A stretch of DNA of 64,000 nucleotides, from assembly GCA_050948825.1 (NCBI GenBank), contig JBMNEO010000005.1, positions 100,432 through 164,431 on the forward strand. The letters are read 5' to 3'. Source of the DNA: Dethiobacteria bacterium (GTDB taxonomy: Bacteria > Bacillota > Dethiobacteria > DTU022 > UBA8154). A program made the translations under genes and the position numbers. How positions within the stretch are numbered: the first letter of the stretch is position 1; every line of letters begins with the position of its first letter. Shown piece after piece: positions 58,450-64,000 of the stretch. Under the pieces are notes generated by a model that saw only the letters and a program-made list of their open reading frames with translations, was not told the DNA's origin and did no database searches.

Positions 58450-59289
58450 TCAACTCTTCTTCAGGCAGGAATGGGCCTCCAGAACTACTTCTCTAATAAT
58501 ACACTGCAGCTCTCCAAACAGTTCCTTACCCGGCAGGACCGTTTGGCCACTATTTCGCAAAAGATATAATAGAAATTCTATGTTGCCTTTCGGCCCTTTC
58601 AGTGGAGAAAAGGTGATTCCTCCCACAAGATAGGAAAGCTCTAAAGAAAGTATAGCGATCTTTTCCAGGACTTCTTCATGAACCTCTTTAGATCTAACCA
58701 CTCCTTTTTTTCCAACCTGAGAGCGGAGAGCTTCAAACTGGGGTTTAAGCAGGCAGATTACTTCGTTGATGCCCAGCGCGGCAACAACCGGCAGTACTTT
58801 TTCCAGTGAAATAAAAGAAACGTCAATTACCGCCAGTTGCGGCACAGGTGATAAGTCTTCTTTTTTTAAAAAACGGACATTAAAACGTTCCATATTTACA
58901 ACCCTGGGATGGTTGCGTAATACCCAGGCCAGCTGGCCATAACCGACATCAAGCGCATACACTTTCTCTGCTCCGTTATCTAAAGCGCACTGGGTAAAAC
59001 CTCCCGTGGAAGCGCCGATATCAAGAACGATTTTCCCCTTCATATCGATTCCAAACTCATCCAGCGCTTTTTTAAGTTTCAATCCTCCCCTGCTGACGTA
59101 CGGGTTTGCAGGCTTATGCAGATCAATATTTGCTAAGATCGGGGTAAGTGATCCCGGTTTATCGCTTTTTTTCCCGTTTACAAAGACATTGCCGGCCATA
59201 ATTTCGGCTCTGGCGCGGCTTCGCGTAGGGAAAATATTTTTTTCTACCAGAAGAACATCAAGACGTTTTTTTTCTTTCTCCCCGGTCAT
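58450..59289 (-). CDS. tlyA: TlyA family rRNA 2'-O-methyltransferase
   Basis: 279 aa; S4 domain plus FtsJ-like MTase (…VLDIGASTGGFTQCAL…). Confidence 0.8.
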   Translation of the reverse strand: MTGEKEKKRLDVLLVEKNIFPTRSRARAEIMAGNVFVNGKKSDKPGSLTPILANIDLHKPANPYVSRGGLKLKKALDEFGIDMKGKIVLDIGASTGGFTQCALDNGAEKVYALDVGYGQLAWVLRNHPRVVNMERFNVRFLKKEDLSPVPQLAVIDVSFISLEKVLPVVAALGINEVICLLKPQFEALRSQVGKKGVVRSKEVHEEVLEKIAILSLELSYLVGGITFSPLKGPKGNIEFLLYLLRNSGQTVLPGKELFGELQCIIREVVLEAHSCLKKS

Positions 59290-59292
59290 TTA

Positions 59293-61185
59293 TTATTTCT
59301 TCTCACCTTCCCGGCAGAGTTGGAGAGCCGCATCTGCTATTCCTTTGCTGCTCAGCCCATGAAGTTTCAGCAGATAATCCCTGCTCCCCCTTCCGGTAAA
59401 CGGATCGTGAAATCCCAGGCGCTTCAGGTGCACCCCTTTCATCCCTTCCTCCTCCAGGAGCTCTAAAACTGCGCTGCCAAACCCTCCGGCCAGAAGATGA
59501 TCTTCCACTGTCAGAATCTTACCGCATTTATCGCCCCAGCGGCAGATCAGCTCCCTGTCCAGAGGTTTGATAAAGCGGGGGTTGATAATGCAGCTTTGAA
59601 TACCCTCTTTTTGGAGCAGTTCATGAGCTTTTAGGGCTTCGGAAACCAAGCAGCCTGCTGCAAGGATTAAAATATCGCCGCCCTCTTTTAAAAGAATGCC
59701 TTTCCCTAATGGCAGCGCGGCCGGTACCGGGCCTTGCGGCAAAGGTTCGTGAACTTTTCCCCGCGGATACCTGATTGCCGCCGGGCATTTTAAATCAAGG
59801 GCAGTTTTCAACATGGAAGCCAGTTCAGCACCGTTGCCGGGTGCCATGAGCACTATGCCCGGCAGATGGCGCAGAAAAGCAATATCAAAAAGGCCATTAT
59901 GGGTTTCCCCGTCCTCCCCCACTATACCCGCGCGGTCAATGGCGAAGATCACATGCAGATTTTGCAGGCAGACATCGTGCAGGATTTGGTCATATGCCCT
60001 TTGCAGAAAAGTGCTGTAAATAGCGACCACCGGCTTTAGCCCCTCAATAGCAAAGCCCGCGGCCATTGTAACAGCATGCTGTTCTGCTATCCCAACATCA
60101 AAAAACCGTTCCGGCCACCTGTTGGAGAACCCTTCCAGACCGGTGCCGCTGGTCATCGCCGCAGTTATGGTGACTATTTCAGCATCGCCGGTGGCGAACT
60201 CTTCCATTGCATGGCCAAAAACCTGGCTGTAGCTTGTAGCTGTGCTGTTTGCTTTCAGTAATTTTCCTGTACCTTTATCAAAAGGTCCCACTCCGTGAAA
60301 AAAATGCGGGTCCTTTTCAGCATAAATATAGCCCTTACCTTTCTTTGTTACTGCATGGATTAATATGGGACCCTTAACCCCTCTGGCTTCCCGGAAAAGT
60401 GCCAGCAAGCCCGGGATATTATGCCCGTTTACAGGCCCCAGGTAAGTAAAACCAAGTTCTTCAAAGAGCATCCCCGGAACCAGCAAGTATTTTACGCTGT
60501 CCTTGAGACGTTCGGCCGAGCGCAGCATGGTACGGCCAATAGCGGGAATTCTCTCCAGCAGCTGTTCCAGATCCTCCTTTAACCGGAAATATTTTGGATC
60601 GGTTCTCAACCTTGCCAGATACGAATGCACTCCACCTACATTTTGGTCAATAGACATCTCGTTATCGTTTAAAATAACAGTTAGATCGGTGTTGGTATCT
60701 CCGGCATAGTTTAGTGCCTCAAAGGCCATGCCTCCTGTTAATGCGCCGTCTCCGATTACACTTACAACGGAAAAGTTTTTCTTCCGCAGATCCCTGGCCT
60801 GAGCCAGCCCCAGTGCTGCAGAAAGCGATGTACTGCTGTGCCCGGTGCCAAAAACATCATAAGGGCTTTCCTCAATATTTGGAAAACCACTGATCCCTTC
60901 ATAACATCTTATCGTCTCGAACTGCTCCCTGCGCCCTGTGATGATTTTATGGGCATAACACTGGTGCCCCACATCCCATATTATTTTATCTTCCGGTGTA
61001 TTAAATATGTAATGAAGAGCCAGCGTCAACTCGACAACACCCAGGCTGGAAGCCAGATGCCCTCCTCTTTTTGAGATAACCTTAACCATCAGTTCCCTAA
61101 TTTCAACGGCAAGCCGTTCAAGTTCATTTACTTTAAGCCTTCTTAAATCTGCGGGCTCATTGATACTCTGCAATAATAACTTCAA
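59293..61185 (-). CDS. dxs: 1-deoxy-D-xylulose-5-phosphate synthase
   Basis: 630 aa; TPP-binding GDGALTGGMAFEALN; DRAG…EDGETH. Confidence 0.95.
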   Translation of the reverse strand: MKLLLQSINEPADLRRLKVNELERLAVEIRELMVKVISKRGGHLASSLGVVELTLALHYIFNTPEDKIIWDVGHQCYAHKIITGRREQFETIRCYEGISGFPNIEESPYDVFGTGHSSTSLSAALGLAQARDLRKKNFSVVSVIGDGALTGGMAFEALNYAGDTNTDLTVILNDNEMSIDQNVGGVHSYLARLRTDPKYFRLKEDLEQLLERIPAIGRTMLRSAERLKDSVKYLLVPGMLFEELGFTYLGPVNGHNIPGLLALFREARGVKGPILIHAVTKKGKGYIYAEKDPHFFHGVGPFDKGTGKLLKANSTATSYSQVFGHAMEEFATGDAEIVTITAAMTSGTGLEGFSNRWPERFFDVGIAEQHAVTMAAGFAIEGLKPVVAIYSTFLQRAYDQILHDVCLQNLHVIFAIDRAGIVGEDGETHNGLFDIAFLRHLPGIVLMAPGNGAELASMLKTALDLKCPAAIRYPRGKVHEPLPQGPVPAALPLGKGILLKEGGDILILAAGCLVSEALKAHELLQKEGIQSCIINPRFIKPLDRELICRWGDKCGKILTVEDHLLAGGFGSAVLELLEEEGMKGVHLKRLGFHDPFTGRGSRDYLLKLHGLSSKGIADAALQLCREGEKK

Positions 61186-61244
61186 AAGACCACATCCTGA
61201 ACAAAAAAGAAATGGAGATTAGAAATTAAACAACCGCTCCTTCT

Positions 61245-61808
61245 TCAATGATTACCCTTTATCCTGCGCCGCCGTTTACTGTTCTTCCAAAACAATGCCT
61301 TTTCAAGGGTTGTTATAATCCGTGCTGCAGCCAGAACAATTTCTATCGAATTATTAATTGCCAGTGATTTCCCGTATGCTTTACCGCCTACAGTTATCGC
61401 CGAAACAACGCCTGCCATAATAATGCTTAAGTATATTTCGCCCGGTTCCTGCACTCCCACGGCCAGACTGATAGTAATTATCGCACCGATACTTCCGCTT
61501 ACAATACCGCTGATATCACCGATAACATCATTGCAAAAATTGGCGACCTGTTCGGCATTGCGTACCATGTAAATTCCTTTTTTGGCGCCGTAGATCTTTT
61601 TGGCGGCTTTGGAATGAAAGGGCTTTTCATCAGCAGCAGTTATAGCTGTACCAATAATATCAAAAAAAATACCGATAAAAATTACTAATATTAAAAGAAT
61701 AAACGAAATTAAAACCGACTGCAGATTTTTCAGCAGCAATTGTGTTACCAATGAGAAAATAACAGCCAGAATAAAGGTCCAGAAACCAACCAGTATTACC
61801 CAAAACAT
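61245..61808 (-). CDS. oapA: Small polytopic membrane protein, candidate OLE-associated protein A
   Basis: Start probably MFWVILVGFW… (about 187 aa, about 4 TM); it sits between dxs and the long ORF-free region next to ispA. Confidence 0.45.
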   Translation of the reverse strand: MFWVILVGFWTFILAVIFSLVTQLLLKNLQSVLISFILLILVIFIGIFFDIIGTAITAADEKPFHSKAAKKIYGAKKGIYMVRNAEQVANFCNDVIGDISGIVSGSIGAIITISLAVGVQEPGEIYLSIIMAGVVSAITVGGKAYGKSLAINNSIEIVLAAARIITTLEKALFWKNSKRRRRIKGNH

Positions 61809-61829
61809 GGTTCCTCTTTTCTGACCCCG

Positions 61830-62441
61830 CCTGTTTTTTTTCAAAACTTGTTGCACCTCGATAAATAAAAAGGACATAAGTGGCAACCCTATGAGTAAAC
61901 TTTGCGGCTTAAGGTCCAGCAGGTTTTCCCAAATGCCCGCCTGCCTGTCACCAGGCAGGCAGTTTCCTTTTAAGAGCATTTCTGCCGTGTTGCCAACAGC
62001 AGGGCTGGATTACCACTCAGACCACACTTTAATCCCCACAGGGCTTCTCACCGGTGAAAACAGCCTAGGAGTTTTCCTCAATGGCACATTTAACGTTTTC
62101 TATCCTCTTTTGCAGCACTGGTTTCCTAAGGATGTACCTTTCTCCCCCAGAACCACTCAAGGCAGGCTACACTGTGCACAGTTTCTGCCGCACACAGGTT
62201 CAAGCCTAAGCCGTAACCTTTTACCTGTCGGTAATGCGCCACCAACTTAGGTCTCCACGAAGGCAGGGTCAACGCCTACATGCCTTTGTAGATCGCCCCA
62301 TCCTTCTTAACTCCCAGCACCAACCCCCGACTGGGCTTCGGCAGCCAGCACCAGGAACTTCATCGATATGCCCTAAACGGATTTTTAGGCCCGTTTTCAA
62401 AAACGATGTGCCAACTAGGATACTGCACCACCTACGTCCTG
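61830..62441 (-). ncRNA. ole: Candidate OLE (ornate, large, extremophilic) RNA
   Basis: About 600 nt with no credible ORF, between ispA and the small membrane protein, upstream of dxs (the canonical OLE locus); highly structured GC-rich helices (e.g. ctgcctgcctggtgacaggcaggcgg); its own promoter lies immediately after the ispA stop. Confidence 0.5.
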
Positions 62442-62447
62442 ATTAAA

Positions 62448-62476
62448 ATTATAGCATAACCTGTTGCCTAACTCAA
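62448..62476 (-). promoter_or_regulatory. Sigma-A promoter for the candidate OLE RNA/oapA transcript
   Basis: Minus strand: TTGAGT, 17 nt, TGcTATAAT (extended -10). Confidence 0.5.
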
Positions 62477-62483
62477 TGCAGGG

Positions 62484-63401
62484 CTAGTAGTCTCTGTATA
62501 AGATAAAACGGGTAAGTTCACGTAAAACATCAGCTTTGTCGCCAAAACCGTCCAGTTCTTTTAACGCCAGGTTGTAAAGCTCCTCTCTGCGTTTTTTTGC
62601 GCCATTAAGGCCGTAAAGGGATACGCAGGTCGGCTTCTGGTTCTTTGCGTCCATCCCCTTTGCCTTGCCCATTTTTTCTTCGTCACCTTCTATATCCAGC
62701 AGATCATCGACAACTTGAAAAGCACGCCCCAATAGATCGGCATATTTTGTTAGACTGCACAGATCTTGACGGCCGGCTCCCGAGGCAAGCGCTCCCAGGC
62801 GCACCGACGCTGTGATTAGCGCTCCTGTTTTATGGCGCTCTATATAATCCAGCGTTTCTGCAGAAATACATTTCCCTTCGGATTCAAGATCAACTACCTG
62901 CCCGCCAATCATCCCGTTTACCCCTGCAGCCGCAGCGATTTCAAAAATTATCTTTAACTTTACCTCCGCAGCTACATCATTCCAGTAGCCGCTTGCATAT
63001 CTGTTATATCTTTCCTTCATACCCGCCATAATTTCAAAAGCCAGGGTAAGTAGCGCATCTCCCGCCAGAACAGCCAGGGCTTCCCCAAAAACCTTGTGCG
63101 AGGTAAGGCGGCCTCTTCTGTAGTCGTCATTATCCATCGCCGGCAGGTCATCGTGAATAAGCGAGTATGTATGGATGAGCTCCAGGGCACAGGCAGGCGG
63201 GATAACCTTTTGCCAATCTGGGGAAAACAACTCCGCAGTTAGCAAGGATAAAATTGGCCTGATCCGTTTCCCTCCGGCAAAAACGCTGTAATGCAGAGCC
63301 CGGTTAATGCTTGAAGGATATTCTGTTTCATCCGGCAAAAAGTACCGCAACGCCGTGTCGATAACCGCTTTTCTTTCTTCCAGTAATGTGTTTAAATACA
63401 T
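62484..63401 (-). CDS. ispA: Farnesyl diphosphate synthase (polyprenyl synthetase)
   Basis: FARM (LIHDDLPAMDNDDYRRG) and SARM (VVDDLLDIEGD) motifs. Confidence 0.85.
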   Translation of the reverse strand: MYLNTLLEERKAVIDTALRYFLPDETEYPSSINRALHYSVFAGGKRIRPILSLLTAELFSPDWQKVIPPACALELIHTYSLIHDDLPAMDNDDYRRGRLTSHKVFGEALAVLAGDALLTLAFEIMAGMKERYNRYASGYWNDVAAEVKLKIIFEIAAAAGVNGMIGGQVVDLESEGKCISAETLDYIERHKTGALITASVRLGALASGAGRQDLCSLTKYADLLGRAFQVVDDLLDIEGDEEKMGKAKGMDAKNQKPTCVSLYGLNGAKKRREELYNLALKELDGFGDKADVLRELTRFILYRDY

Positions 63402-63405
63402 GGTC

Positions 63406-63660
63406 TTATGCCTCTTCAGCTTCTTTATACTCTTCCAGCTCCCCATTTTGCAGAATCTGCTCCACTTTAAATTCCGCTTCTGTCAACAGCTTGCGGCAAT
63501 GGCGTGTTATTTTCATACCCTCTTCAAAATGCCGCAGCGATTCATCAAGGGAGAACTCTTCGTTTTCCATTTTTTCAACGATTTCTTCCAGTTTTTTCAG
63601 GGCTTCCTCGTAGGTCATCTTTAAAAAATCTTCTTCGTGCACAATAAAACCTCTTTTCAA
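63406..63660 (-). CDS. xseB: Exodeoxyribonuclease VII small subunit
   Basis: 84 aa; …FLKMTYEEALKKLEEIVEKMENEEFSLDESL…. Confidence 0.85.
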   Translation of the reverse strand: MKRGFIVHEEDFLKMTYEEALKKLEEIVEKMENEEFSLDESLRHFEEGMKITRHCRKLLTEAEFKVEQILQNGELEEYKEAEEA

Positions 63661-63663
63661 TGA

Positions 63664-64000
63664 TCAGCGATCCAGTTGATTATCAAAAGGTATTTTCCTT
63701 ATTATTTCCCTGACCCGGCAATTTGCCTCTCCATCATAAAAAACAACTCTGATATCCTGGTCTTCCCTCAGTCTGGACGTATTGTTGAGGACCCGATTAT
63801 TTTCATCCACAACAAAAGTATACCCCCGGCCCATAATTTTTAAAGGGCTCAGCGCTTTGAGTTTCTCTTCAAAGCTGCGAATTTCGGCTCCTTTAAGCTT
63901 GATATTGTAAGCAATTATTCTCATCAGCCGCTGCCACTGCTCGTCTATACGCTGCTGGCCCTGATTTATTATATCACGAGGATATTGTTGCAACGCTGCC
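63664..64000 (-). CDS. xseA: Exodeoxyribonuclease VII large subunit (C-terminal part; the gene continues beyond the window)
   Basis: C-terminal segment …LSPLKIMGRGYTFVVDENNRV…; the ORF is open to the window end. Confidence 0.75.
   Translation of the reverse strand, partial: AALQQYPRDIINQGQQRIDEQWQRLMRIIAYNIKLKGAEIRSFEEKLKALSPLKIMGRGYTFVVDENNRVLNNTSRLREDQDIRVVFYDGEANCRVREIIRKIPFDNQLDR

Noticed and set aside
61830-62441. tmRNA, RNase P RNA, SRP RNA or a cobalamin/T-box riboswitch in the ispA-oapA spacer
   Set aside because: I found none of the tag-peptide/CCA-tRNA-like end, the GGAAAGUCC / ACAGAAnnC RNase P P4 elements, the SRP GGAAGCAG domain-IV motif or a T-box sequence. Length and synteny fit OLE better.

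Overview
This 64 kb window is a chromosomal segment of an endospore-forming Firmicute, most likely a Clostridia/Peptococcaceae-type organism (roughly 48% GC, a Clostridia-style IspH-S1 fusion, dense sporulation genes). About 65 of 67 protein genes lie on the minus strand. Landmarks in order are: yjbQ, a CHRD gene and an SLH gene; an aroF-tyrA-aroC-aroB-aroE-aroK-aroQ-aroH shikimate operon; a divergent second DAHP synthase plus pheA on the plus strand; spoIVA, gpsA-plsY-der, and a DUF512 radical-SAM-like gene. Then come a YIEGIA module, spoIIP, ispH-rpsA/plsC/cmk, rluB, dacB-spmA-spmB, ytfI-ytfJ, scpAB, trpS, a site-2 protease and cca. The downstream half carries spoVAC/AD/AE/AF, a dodecin, dacF-spoIIAA-spoIIAB-sigF, pdp-deoB, xerD, spoIIM, a DUF3866/GT4/GT2/SteB/SteA cluster, spo0A, spoIVB, recN, nadK, tlyA, dxs, a membrane protein, and ispA-xseB-xseA (partial). 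The most interesting non-coding content is listed below.
- Two back-to-back divergent T-box leaders with identical T-box sequences sit between the two DAHP synthase paralogs. The specifier is UAC (Tyr) for the tyrA-containing operon, and the pheA operon carries a candidate UUC (Phe).
- A roughly 600 nt ORF-free promoter-bearing region between ispA and a small membrane-protein gene next to dxs matches the synteny of OLE RNA with oapA.
- A perfect 62 bp palindrome is embedded in six GCGACA/TGTCGC hexamers.
- An exact 21 bp-periodic five-unit tandem array is present.
- Several essential or conserved genes are broken by homopolymer-associated frameshifts or lack canonical start codons: plsY, the DUF512 gene (four shifts), deoB and spoVAC.
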